NCBI GenBank assembly: GCA_029717555.1
Contig: JAMDHS010000038.1
Location: forward strand, 1-64,000
Length of the DNA: 64,000 bases
Source of the DNA: Peribolospora baueri
Lineage: Eukaryota
Direction of reading: 5' to 3'
Shown here: in pieces, positions 49,254-61,229 of the stretch
Layout: each line of letters starts with the position of its first letter
Numbering within the stretch: the stretch's first letter is position 1
Notes under the pieces: model-generated
The model's database searches: none
Seen by the model: the letters and a program-made list of their open reading frames with translations, nothing else
Told to the model about the DNA's origin: nothing
Translations under genes and position numbers: made by a program

Positions 49254-51921
49254 GTCCCGTCTGCTAGCTAACTACAGGTCACCGCCACGCCATGCGTTCA
49301 CGGGTCGGAAGGATCGATGGGGCACGCTCCTGACTGACTGGCCGACCGGATGGCGGACTGGTCAGGCTGGGAACCTGGAACCATGACGGCGCCGGAGACA
49401 CCCCATTCCATTCCATCTTGGCGAGACCAGCGATGGCGACGGCGACGGCGGCGAGGCGGAGAGAGGCGAGACGGCCAGCGGGGCCGACTAGCGGGCGGAG
49501 CGGAGCGCGGGCGAGTCACGAAACCATGATATGATATGATGATGATCCTCCTCCGGTCGGGCTCGATGGCCAGCGAGTTTTCCGATTCGATTCGATTCGT
49601 CCGTTTCGCCGATTGAGCGGAGTCTGCCTTTGATTCGCACCCACGGTCGGGACGGAGCGGTGGCCGTGGCGGTGACGGTGACGGTGACTCGCACTCACAC
49701 TCACATTCACCTCGCACTTGCAGGTCCCCCGAATGGGTGTCATTGGATCATCATCGCCCGCGATGCTTGCTGTCGAACGCGCGCACCCATGTACTGTATT
49801 GTATGTGCAGTTGGTTGTCCGTCTCCGTCCCGTATGGACTCGGCGAAAGCGAACCACATAGACCGTTCGTTAACCTCCGCTTCGTGTCTCGGAACACGAT
49901 CCATAGAAAACTAGTACTCCCTGTAGCGAGCCCGCGGTGGACTCGCCGCAGGTTGGTTCGGTACGATACGATACGATACGGTACGCATCACAGATACAGA
50001 TGCCGTCGCGACGGACGGACGACCCGTCTGAACCGCTGCGTTCCAGAGCACCGTAGCCTGGGAAACGGCTACGAACGAGGGTACTTACAATACACATAGT
50101 ACACCTTGCCGCACTCGCTCCCTTGGTCTCCGACGGGACCATGGACACATCACATCGGCCCCCGTCCATTCGTCCAGTCTCCCGTCGACGGTCCCGTCCG
50201 TCTGCTTAGCCGGGCCCTCGACTCGACTGGACGCACCTCGACTCGACTGGCTGCCGACATCATCCGCTTAGCTCCCGAGCCGGACCGCGCCCGCGGATTC
50301 TCCCCTGCTTCTGCTCTGGCCGTATCCTGTCCGTCACGTCCTCTTCTGTGCTCGTACACACGCCAGCGAGGACCGCGACGGCGACGGCACACGCGTCCAG
50401 TTCGACCTTGCCCATCATGGCAGGGGGCCCGCAGTCGCCCTCTTCCTCGTCGTCGTCGTCGTCGTCTGACGAATGCGAGAAAGGGGTAAGGGAGGCTTAT
50501 TAAGTGCGCTTGCGTTTTTTTTTTTGGATCTGATCACTCAACTCTCTCAGCGTCAGACCAGACCGGCCCTGGCGGCGTGATGAGCCGAGGAGGCAGACAT
50601 TTTTTTCATTTCGCTTCGTTCCAACTCCTGGGCCGCTCACTCTTCCCGCAAGACATTTTCCTGCAGCTCCAGGTCGGAGCTCGCAGCGCCCGGCTGTGCA
50701 TACACCAGTCACCGCGCAAACCCTTTCTCGTTCGGAACACAGTCACCATAGGTACGCGTGCATCGCCACCCGGCTTCGTTCCCTCCCACACGTTTTCAAC
50801 CTGGTATACCCCTTTTTTAGCCTGCACAGTAGGGGAGATGGCCGGTGGCCATTGTCGGCGGCGATGTGTGCGCGACCTATAGGGGACGGACAAGAGGACA
50901 GAAAGGAACGCTGTGTGGTCCAAGGAGAATAGGACAAGGTCCTCCTCCATCCAACCCACCATGACGGTGAGAAACACAGGTGCATGGAAAGGGAAACTGC
51001 CTTCTCCAGCACAGTCATTCACGCTCGCCCCCCTCCACCCCGCTCAGGTCAATTGCGTGCACTCGCAGCCTCATCTCCCCACGGCGCGGACTACGCGGCG
51101 GACGACAACCGAGATCGCACCGCGCGACCATTCAAGCGAAAGGTTCCAACCAACGCTCGCACGCGTTCTCGTAAGTAAGGTGGGCGCGAGACCGGCGAGC
51201 AACCCCGCATCGCCGCACGGACCGCTGGTCAATCAACTGCACACAGCCTGAACAGAAAGCTGCTGCTGCTGATGACGATGACGATGATGACGATGACGAT
51301 GACGATGATGGTTGTTCACTCCACCGTGCTTTGCTCGAACGGATAGTGGACCGCACGTGACCGACTTCCGCACGCTCGCGCACGCTGCTCCTTTCCCCAC
51401 CCACAAAGCAACGTCGCACACCGAGTCGCCCCCTGGAGGCCTTCGTCCGTCCCATCTGCGCGAGCAACAGCGGCCAGAAAGAAACCTGCGCTTTGGCCGT
51501 TCCATAACGAGACGGACGCGGTGGAGATGAGCGAGGCAGGCGGTTGGGCCGAAGCGAGTGCAACTGGAGCGGCGATGGTGGCAGAAGGGAAGTCGTTGTG
51601 TCATACATACATAGGCCGGGCCGCGCCTGTAGTGTTCCTCATTCTACGGCTCTCCAGGCCGCCATAGATGCGACGTTGTTTCATGTTCGAACTTTAAGAG
51701 ACCAACACATCGATGACGAGGGCGAGAGATCTGGACGGCCGCGGTCACGAGTGATCGCTCGCTCGGCTCCGTCGTGCGACCGAGTCTGTCCTTTCCGAGT
51801 CTTGTGAGCAGATAGGGAAAACGTCGAACTGGTGCCTTCCATCGTTACACCATCATCATCCCAGGTATCGACCTCGACGTCTGTACCAGCTGCGCTCTGA
51901 AAAGCAAGACGAGGTGACCGC

Positions 51922-54900
51922 ATGCCCACCTTCGTCTCGCTCTTCTTCCTCCCACCTCGCGCCGGACCAGCATCGGCCCTGTCGACTCGCCTGCTTCCTC
52001 GCCTCGCCCAACCGACGACCTCCTTCGTCGCCGCCTCCTACCGCACTGCCGCTCTCCCATCCGCTTTCCCCGCTTTTGCGCCTCCCTCTTCCCTCTCCCT
52101 GCCCTCGACCGCGCGGACGAGACACCTTGCAACCATTTCTCCCAACCCGTTCACCAACCCGTTCTCGCGGGGAACCGGTTTCACCCACCCCCTCAGCAGA
52201 CGCTTCGCCTCGCTAGCCGCCTCCGCCGCCGTTCCTCCCGCTCAGCAGGCGGAAGACAAGACGAGAGAATACTTGAGCAAAGGACAGGAAGGAGAAGGAG
52301 ACATGGGAGCTATCAATACCGGCAAGGTCGATACGACCAAGAGGCTCGAAAGGCTGAGGCAGCTGATGAAGGACAACGGCGTGAACGTCTAGTGAGTCGA
52401 CGTCCATGCTGTCCTTTGTGGCCTCGCTCGCCACCCTCCTCACCTTGCTCTTCCCGCTTCGTCGCCCCTTCGCCCCTAAAGCGTCGTGCCTTCCGAGGAC
52501 GCTCACGCTTCAGAGTACCCCGCCCTGTGAGTCCGCTGCCCCGCTTCGCCCTGATCAGAACCTCACCTCTCTTCCTGACGATTTCCCATCCCATCTCATC
52601 CCATCTCGTCTTAACATTTCCACTCGACTCCCGACCGCCTGCCTGCCTGCCTGTCGCACCTGTCCCTAGCGCCGACCTTCGACGCCAGTTCATCTCGGGC
52701 TTCTCAGGCTCGGCGGGCTGTGCGGTGGTGACGGACACCGAAGCGGCCCTGTTCACCGATGGCAGGTACTTCTTGCAGGCCAGTCAGCAGCTGGACGATA
52801 ATTGGACTCTTATGAAACAAGGTCTTCCTGGTGAGTTTGGCGTTTTCTTTTTTATTTCCTTTTTTTCTTGTTGGTTGGGGCGAAGGTGGAACTCTGTAGG
52901 CTCCCGGGGAAAAGGGGGGGAGTTCCGTCAGGATGATCGTCGACTTTGAGATGGAGACGGGTCCTGGGACTGATGCTTTGCGTCGGATGTGTTCATGGTC
53001 TCCCTTGCCTCGCCTCTCTACGTGCTGCGATTTCCGCCGAACAGACGTGCCCACCTGGCAAGAATACCTGCAGAAGAACGTCCCCGCCGGCTCCAAGATC
53101 GGTGTCGACCCGACGCTCGTCTCCGCCCGTGCGTATTTTCACCGTGAGCCAGGCGGTCCGTCGCTAGCCTTGTAATGATGCTCATCGACTCCGATGCCCG
53201 CCTCCATTTCCTCGGTACTCCGACGCCCGCCTCCATTTCCTCCGTCAGATGATGCCGACGCGCTCTCCGATTCGCTCAGCCAGCGCAAGTCCTCCCTCGT
53301 CTCGCTCGGCGGCAACCTCGTCGACGTCGTCTGGAAAGAGGACGGAAGTAGGCCCGAGAGGCCCAAGGAGAAGGTGTTCCTTCTCGGCGAGGAGTACAGC
53401 GGAAAGTCTTTCCAGGACAAGGTGGCTGAGCTGAGGAAGGACTTTGAGGACAAGGGCGTCAAGGGATACGTCGCGCCCATGCTCGACGAGGTCGCATGTG
53501 CGTTGTCGGCGTGCGCAGTCGGCTATCCCATGCTTAGGAGACCCATGCTGAAGTTTTTGTGTCACATTGCCCTTTCCGCTCTTGCTTCTGCCGACACAGG
53601 GCTCTTCAACCTTCGCGGCACCGACGTGCCCTTCAATCCGGTATTTTTCTCTTATGCCATCGTCACCCTAGACGATGTCTTCCTCTACATCGACCCCTCG
53701 CAGGTTGATGACGCTACCAAGGCCCACCTCGAGGAGGGAAATGTCAAGGTTCGCCCCTATGAAGCGATATGGGAAGGCTTGGGCGACGTCAGGAGCACAC
53801 TGAAGGAAAATGAAAAGGTGAGCGCTTGGATCCGGACTCAAGCTCTTCCCCGATCATCGGCTCCCTCCGCTTCGCGCTCCGTGCTAGCCCACTCATCTGG
53901 TCGATTGTTCCCCTGACGACTTTGCCCAACAGATTCTCCTCTCCAACCGCGCCTCCCTCGCCATCTCCGAAGCGCTCGGCGGCAAGGCCAACGTCAAGAT
54001 CGGTCGCTCGCCGGTAATCGATTTAAAGGCGATCAAGAACCCTGTCGAGCTGGAGGGCTTCCGCCAGTCGCACGTGCGTGACGGCGCCGCGCTTGCCAGG
54101 TACTTTGCTTGGTTGGAGGAGCAACTGGAGCAGGGCGCGAAGCTCAGCGAATCAGAGGGCTCGGATATGCTGGAGAAGTTCAGGTCGTGAGTGTCCGTCT
54201 CTGGTTTTGCGTCTGGCTACCATCCTGTTTCGCAGACTCACTCCGTCATCGATCGGGCCCCTTCGCGATCATTTCAGAGAGAACGAGCACTTCCGCGGCT
54301 TATCCTTTCCGACCATCTCTTCAGCCGGTCCGAATGGAGGTGAGCGAAACGTCGACACCTTTGTGATCACTCTCACCGGTGCCAGCCTGATTGTCCTGCT
54401 CCGCTTCCTCGCACAGCCATCATTCACTACTGTCCCGATCCGGCTAACTGCGCGACCATCGTCCGGGCGGAGGTGCGTCTCCATGTGCGCCTTGTTGATG
54501 CTAGCGAGTATAGCTCATGCCTCCCGGCGGTATTTCCTTCAGATGTACTTGTGCGACAGCGGCGCTCAATACACGGACGGCACCACGGATGTCACCAGGA
54601 CTTGGGTGAGTCACCTCGGTCTGCCGGAACGGTGGCTAATCTGGTTTGAGAGTCCATGGCTGACGGCCTGGTTGGTCTTCTTCTACGTTGTAGCACTTTT
54701 CCACTCCCACCAAGGAGCAGATCCGTGCTTTTACGAGGGTCCTACAGGGTCGTGAGTGGCTACTTCCGATAGCTGGAAGCGTCGATAGAATGGTCCTTCA
54801 CTATGACTCATGACGAACTATGTTCGTTGCGATCCGCGTGTGGCTAGACATTGCCATCGACACTTCCATATTCCCGCAGGGCACGACCGGTGAGTGGTGA

Positions 54901-55774
54901 TTGGCTCACCCTCCGTTTCTCTTGGACTACCTTCTCCTGACCCTTGTCACATGGTCCCATTGCTGTCGACACTGCTCCAGGCTATCTCCTCGACCCCTTT
55001 GCTCGTCGGGCTCTTTGGGCAGATGGCCTTGACTACCGCCACGGCACCGGACACGGTGTCGGCTCTTTCTTGAACGTCCATGTGAGTTTCGTTTTTACCG
55101 AAGGCGTCTGCGAAGGCTCATATTGATCAGACGTGGAGTTTTTCTTTTGGTCGATTTCTTAGGAGGGTCCTCATGGCATTGGTACGCGGGCCGCTTTCAA
55201 TGAAGTCAGTTTGCGCATTGTTTGCGATCCTAGCTGCCGGAATATCCACTGATGACACCTTGGGACTGTTGATGCCTCCTCCCTCGGACCACAGACGCCT
55301 CTTAAAGAGGGCATGATCGTCTCTAACGGTACATGCTGTTTCGCGCTCTCCCGATCTGTCTGTCGATAACAATGCTGACATGTGCCGACGGCTTTGGGCA
55401 TGTTCAGAGCCCGGTTATTACGAGGACGGGAAGTGGGGCATTCGCATCGAGAACTTGGTGGCCGTTAAGAAGGCCAACACGCCTCACACGTTCGGCGATA
55501 AGCCGTACTTTGGTTTCGAGACTCTGACGATGGTGCGTCCTCTTCTCAAGATCGCCTCCGCCTCGTCCTCCACTAATTAAATGCAACGCGCGTTCCATCC
55601 CCAAAGTGTCCTGTCCAGACTTCACTCGTCGACTTCTCCCTCCTCAGTCCTGCCGAGCACCAGTGGGTGAACGACTATCACAAGGAAGTGTACCGGAAGG
55701 TGGCCCCGTTGCTCGAAAAGTTTGGCGACGTGAGAGCGCTCAAGTGGCTCGAGAGGCAGACGAAGGAGGTTTGA
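51922..55774 (+). CDS. Xaa-Pro aminopeptidase P (M24B; XPNPEP1/Fra1-like), many introns
   Basis: [120 protein letters not shown]; stop at 55772-55774. Confidence 0.95.
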
Positions 55775-56746
55775 GGTATACGCGTCCACATATCACCAAC
55801 GTCTTGCCATCTTTCTCGATTAAGGCCTCGCCTTTTCGCCCTTTCCTTTCCAACCTTCAAGGTCCAATTGAGATGTGCCATCCGTCCCCGTTCCGTCACG
55901 TTTGCGTTGCATCACCATGCTCGTCGACCATTTTTTCCCGTCGCATTCTTGCCGTACCCTCGCAATCTTGTCTTGAGGCGTTCATGTGACCCAGTTTTGC
56001 TCACATCAAGAATCATTGTTTGACCGTCGCTGAGCAGAGTGGGAAGTCGGTGAGAACCGCAGTGCGAGCTGCTCTTATTGTCGAGTTTTGCTCGCCTGAA
56101 TGATTCGTCGTGTAGGAACACCGACCGCTACAGGAGACTGTCACCAGTCCAGTCCGCAAGCGCTTTCAAAAAGCTTTCTTTTGTCTGACCGTCGCTGCGG
56201 AGTTCGAAGGCGCGGTCGGGATTGGGGCGGGCATAGAAACACGTCGCAAGCAAGAGTTCGTGGTCACACTCACACAAACCCCTCTTCGCCTGCGTTAAAT
56301 ATAAGGACATTTCAATCCGTCTCCTCCACATCTCGTTAGCCGCTTCGGTGGGTCCTTTTGACTTCTCTCACCGAAACTTTGCGACCTGGCGAGGATTCCT
56401 CAGGGCTAACTCTAATAAGGGGCGAAAACCCGACTATGCGCGCGGGCGTGTCGCTCCAACAAGACGGGGAGCGCGACGACGTTGGCGTTGGAAGGCTCCG
56501 CTGAAGGTCAACGTCGTCGTCCAGCAGGCTCTCTCACTGGCTCCCATTGCGGGTTCCAACGTACATCGAGCGCCGAGTGAGAAATGGTCCATGTCGGGCG
56601 CGATCAGCGCGAAAAAGACAACCTCGTAGCGATGGTCGTGATGGGAGATAGGCGCACTCGCACGTGGTCCGTGCGTCGGAGCATGCAACTCGGCGTCGTC
56701 GCTTGACTCGGCTCATTTTCTCCTCCCACATCTCCTCTACACGACC

Positions 56747-58767
56747 ATGGGTACGTCCCTCTCCCTCCTCAACCAACGCTCCCAGTTAGACGGCTTTTTA
56801 CGGGGACCGGCATGTTGCTCCCGCAAGAAAACCGCGAGGAAAGCGGTGCGCGCTCGTCGCCCGCTAAGGGTACGATGACCCCCAGGTCGACGGTCACCCT
56901 CCGGACATCGGCCATGAACGACTACTTTCGCGAGGACGGTGGGTTCCTATTGCAACGCACACTCTTTGGTAGAATCGTCTTTGGCGGCTGACCTGACCCC
57001 AGTCGATGACGTTCTTCTTGCCTTTGTACGTTCAAAATCTTGGACGTTGTCTTGCCCTTGTCCTCATAATGGACCAATGACGCTCGGAAGGCGGTCGCAA
57101 GTATCATGCTACGGAGAATCCGTACGCTCTACCAAGCGACGATCAAGAGGCAGCACGTCTGGACTTGCAGCACCTTGTATGTCCGAGGCTTGCGGGCAGG
57201 GGGGAGTCAGCGAGGGCGGGATTGTGTCGACCCAGGAAGCCTTAGTTTGCCGTCCTTTTTGCTCTCGCCTTCCTCCTCCGCACGCAGATTCATCAGACAC
57301 TTTTAGGCGACAGCAACTACCACCGAAAGGCACCCGTGCGCCAAGTTCTGACGAACGATTCATGTCGCCGTCGAAAAAGGAGTATGTCGTATTGCGCAAG
57401 CCACGAGTGCGTAAACTGCAGCTGAACGTTGATTTGCCGACTCCATTACATCAGTCCTCGACGTGGGCACTGGCTCAGGTATTTGGGCCATCGAAATGGC
57501 AAGCTTATTTTTTCGACGCCCACCTACGCTTCTGTGTCCTATTTGCTCATCGGCGAGTCCCTCCTTACAAACAATCTTCTATTCTTCTGAAATCTCCTTG
57601 CACAGGGGATCGAGTTTCCTATGGCTGAGGTGGTAGGCATGGACGTGGTACCCATCCAGCCTCGCGAAGTGCCTCCGAACGTTACCTTTGAGATTGATGA
57701 CCTCAACAAGCCTTGGGTGAGTGTGTGGTGCATAGCGACTGCCCCTCCGTCGCTCTTTCTTCCTCCTGACGGCCATCTTGTCCTCTTTTGCTCATGTCGT
57801 CTAGACGAGAGAACACGAATCCTATAATCTTGTCCATGCTCGAATGGTATCGTGAGCCGAGACCAACCTCTTTCTTTGCCTTTGTCTGTCGCCTTTTAGC
57901 TTTGGAGCTGAGACGAACCGCACTTCATACCTTTCCTGCCTCAAGCTTTGGCGTGAAGGACTGGTCGGCGTACGTCAACGGTGTAGCCTCCGCAATAGCG
58001 CCAAGAGGTCTCGCCCTTTTTTGCGAGCTCTGGGACTTGCCAGCAGATCCGGAAGAAAGAAAGACCCCTGCCCGGGCAGTCTTGCGTTGGCTTGAGCTGT
58101 TCCGGCGATTGATAGAGGCAAAAGGCCCGTCGGCAGTAGGGGTGAGCACGGCGACCATTGAGCCATTTTGACGTGGACCCCGATTGCTTTCCCCTCATGA
58201 CAATCTTTTCCTACGCCCTTAACAGGGGCGAAAGCTTCTCCCTTTGCTGCAAGAGCATCCAGACCTGTATGATGTCGACTACGAGATCATGGACTGGCCG
58301 TGTGGCCCACACCCAAGCGGTGGGCATCATGACGTACTTTTGTGCGAGCAGGACGTCCTGAGAAGGACTCACCTGAACGTACAACCTTGGCATCTGCAGA
58401 CCCCGTGAAGAATAAAGTAGGGATCTGGGTCGCGAAAGATACGGAGGACATCATACCCCTCGTTCAGTAAGTCTTGTTCGGCGTTGCATGCAATGGATCG
58501 ATGTCGCCGTCTCAACTCACTTTCCCACTCTAACTTGTTCGTAGCCCCCTACTTGTCAAAGACGGCTACGGAGAGGCGTAGTGAGCCGACCTTCATCATT
58601 CCTAAGTGTTGAAGACGTGAGCAGAGACCAACTAACGCCGGTACGATGATAGCATTGCCCACTTCTTTTCGCAAGTGCGGCAGGAAATGTGGGACCAGGA
58701 CAAGACTGTCCATTCATCCATCTTGTGGGCATGGGCCCGCAAGAAGGACACGTCATCGGTTTCGTGA
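56747..58767 (+). CDS. SAM-dependent methyltransferase, LaeA-like / TAM-domain family, multi-exon
   Basis: GRKYHATENPYALPSDDQEAARLDLQHL, RILDVGTGSGIWAIEM|GIEFPMAEVVGMDVVPIQP...NVTFEIDDLNKPW, YNLVHARM, FGVKDW, C-terminal WAWARK; the exons join without frameshift. Confidence 0.9.
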
Positions 58768-59190
58768 ATAGTGTTACAAGATGGCTCGCGCTTCTTCTTC
58801 TTTAACGTGAACAGGCTATTCCTGGAAATCGAAGAAGCGATCGTATTCGGGTTGACTTGACGTTGAAGAATAGGGGCTTTGAGCTTTTGCCCTGTCATGG
58901 TGGCCGTTTTTGACTCCATCACAACTCTTGAGACAAGGTGATACCTTTGTGGATACCGTTATGAGAATTCCTATCAAGTTGTGCTTGTTCTTGCATTATG
59001 ACTGGACTGAGATGTGTCAGCGAAGAGCGATCTGATCTAGCGTCTAGGCGAGCAGCTCACCAGCCAGATTTTGTTAATGAATTGACGGAAGGCTGTGAAT
59101 ACAGCTCAGGTGGGATCATGCCAGGAAGAACCGCTTGCGGGGCGGCGATTTTCCTCATGGAGCGGATACGGCATTATTTCTGGCAAAAAA

Positions 59191-60518
59191 TTACAATGAT
59201 GAACTTACATCCCCACTGAATGGAAAGGCCAACTGTCGCGGTAACCCGCGTCTCCCTATTGCTCTCTCCTCATTGGTCGGACGGATGCACGAGGGGGCAA
59301 GAGGGGGCAAGGTGCATGTGATCATCCGATCCGACCAATGAGGAGAGAGCAATAGGGAGACCAGGTTACCGCGACAGCCCCCAGTTAAAAAGAAAAACAG
59401 AAAAGAAAAATGGGGGAAGCGGAGGGAGAAAAAGAAAATGAAAGGAAAGAGCAGGAAGAATGAGGATAGAAAGTGGATGACGGCGGCGTGCCTGCGTGCG
59501 GTGTCGCCGGTGCGTCTACTACCTCCAGTCAGAGGGAGTTCTTGAGCATAGTGACGCTCGTACCCAGCATCGCGGTGATCGGACGGGGGGTATTGGTGTC
59601 CGTTTTTCCACCATTCTTGATCATAGCGATGCTCAGATGCCAGCGGAGCGAAGTAGGAGCTATGGTGAACCGATGGAGGATGTTCGGCGGATGGGGTGTG
59701 TGCGGAGTTATCGTACGGATACGCGTGGGGCTGCCCGGGCGAAACGCGTGGCTGTTCAGGCGAGGGCTGGTGCGCGTAGACGCTTTGCGGTTGAACTGGG
59801 ACAAACGGTGGAACCGGAGCCTGCGAGGGTGCGTTGCCTTGAGTCACGAGGGGTTGAACGCGTGTCGTGTTGATTAGGGCGAGCATGGCCGCATTTGTGG
59901 CTTTCATTTCCTCGAGAAGCTTGGCGAAAGGATCATCTTCGGCGGTGTTCTCGGTCCGATTGTCCTGCGGCGAATCGGTGGAGGATTCGTCGCAAAGATG
60001 CTGACAACCTGCCGCGGTGGATGACGGAGGTGTCTTCATTAACGAGGTGTTCGCCGTCGGCGCCGACGGCGGAGAGGTTAGCGGCGAATCGGTAGGCTTC
60101 GCTGGTGAGTGAGCAGGGTCATGTTGCGCTTCATCCTGGCGTTCTTGTTGCGCCGACACATCGAACCTCTAGGCGGGGAATTCGTCGGTCACCAGTCCGG
60201 GTCGAGCATTATCAAACTCGCGGATGTACCCAAGACGCTGTGCGCGATGAACCTTGATGAGGCGGCGCCCAAGGTTCGAATATTGGATGGTCGAGGTTGT
60301 TTTGTTGAAAGTGCCATATGACGCGGTGGCAAATCACGAGCCTCATCGATCCTGATGGAGGGAACAAAGTAATAGTCCTGTCCCTCCAGGAGCTTCCTGG
60401 TGCTGAATTGCACAGGGACAGTGCAATGTTGATGAAGTCGGACGACCACGGTGCGATCGGATTTGACAATCACCTTGCCGACGTGATCTCCGGGCAGTCG
60501 ACTAAATGTTTCCGGCAT
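59191..60518 (-). CDS. Orphan hypothetical coding region (ORFs 60518..60189 and 60159..59191; gene structure unresolved)
   Basis: Pro/Ser-rich ORF with helical segment DDPFAKLLEEMKATNAAMLALIN; possible short intron (GTACAT...CTAG) near 60170-60230; no recognisable domain. The 3' part of the ORF runs through a pyrimidine tract and the hairpin and may be non-coding. Confidence 0.4.
59233..59377. repeat. 145-nt long inverted repeat / fold-back
   Basis: 59233-59246 pairs with 59364-59377 (14 bp perfect), 59250-59281 with 59330-59361 (32 bp perfect), 59282-59287 with 59323-59328; the loop contains (GAGGGGGCAA)2. Confidence 0.95.
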
Positions 60519-61229
60519 CGAGGGTCGTGTGGGTGTCGGGAAAAGGCTCCGACGAGGTAGGTCGACTCTGAGGGGCTGTCGGACGGGGATGATGAGGGCA
60601 CCCGTAACAGGAAAGGTTCGTTGACGTCGGTGAGAAGGCGAGCCGTCCTCGATTGATGAAGGAACCAACGGTGGAGAGACTGAGAAGTCGCCGACGACGG
60701 TGGATCAACTCGAGAGGACCCGGAGGGACAGAGGAGGAAAGAACCCTTGACTTGCGTGGTCACAAGAGGCGGAGGTCGAAGATCGGTGCCCGAAGAGAGG
60801 TACCTAGGAAGAAGGGGGTTGCTGACAGGCGGATAGAAGGAGGTCGCCCTTGACTTGTCGAAGACGAGAGGTGAAAGTCGGATAGAGGTCGGTCGTTGGA
60901 CCCAACGCCTTTCTGATCAGATGACTACCTCGCTTGATCAGGTTTTATGAGACGGTCGGGAGCGGCGAGTGCCATGTGAAGGAGATCAGCCGGGTTTAAC
61001 AGCGGCAATGGGATCCAGTGCAGACGTTGCCCTGCACGCAGAAGCAAAGTGAACGGGGGTAAGGTGCGAAGAGAGGTGACACTGTACTCACTGTGCGCCG
61101 ATGGCCACCCTCTTTCGTCGATACCACCCTCGTACGATCGCAGCACGTGCGTTCCATTCAGACCGCGTCGGTCATCTTCTCGCGTTCGCCGCTCCGTCGT
61201 CCCACTTCCCCCTTCCATCCCATACCATC

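Noticed and set aside
52388..52398. In-frame TAG ending the first aminopeptidase ORF (and a similar TAG at 58579-58581), suggestive of readthrough or A-to-I editing
   Set aside because: Both are TA|GTGAG splice donors splitting a Tyr codon; splicing removes the stop.
59234..59376. Solo LTR interpretation of the TG...CA fold-back
   Set aside because: There is no 4-5-bp target-site duplication, and LTRs are not self-complementary along their length.
60270..60285. GGTTCGAA B-box-like word suggesting a tRNA
   Set aside because: No T-stem, A box or cloverleaf can be built around it.
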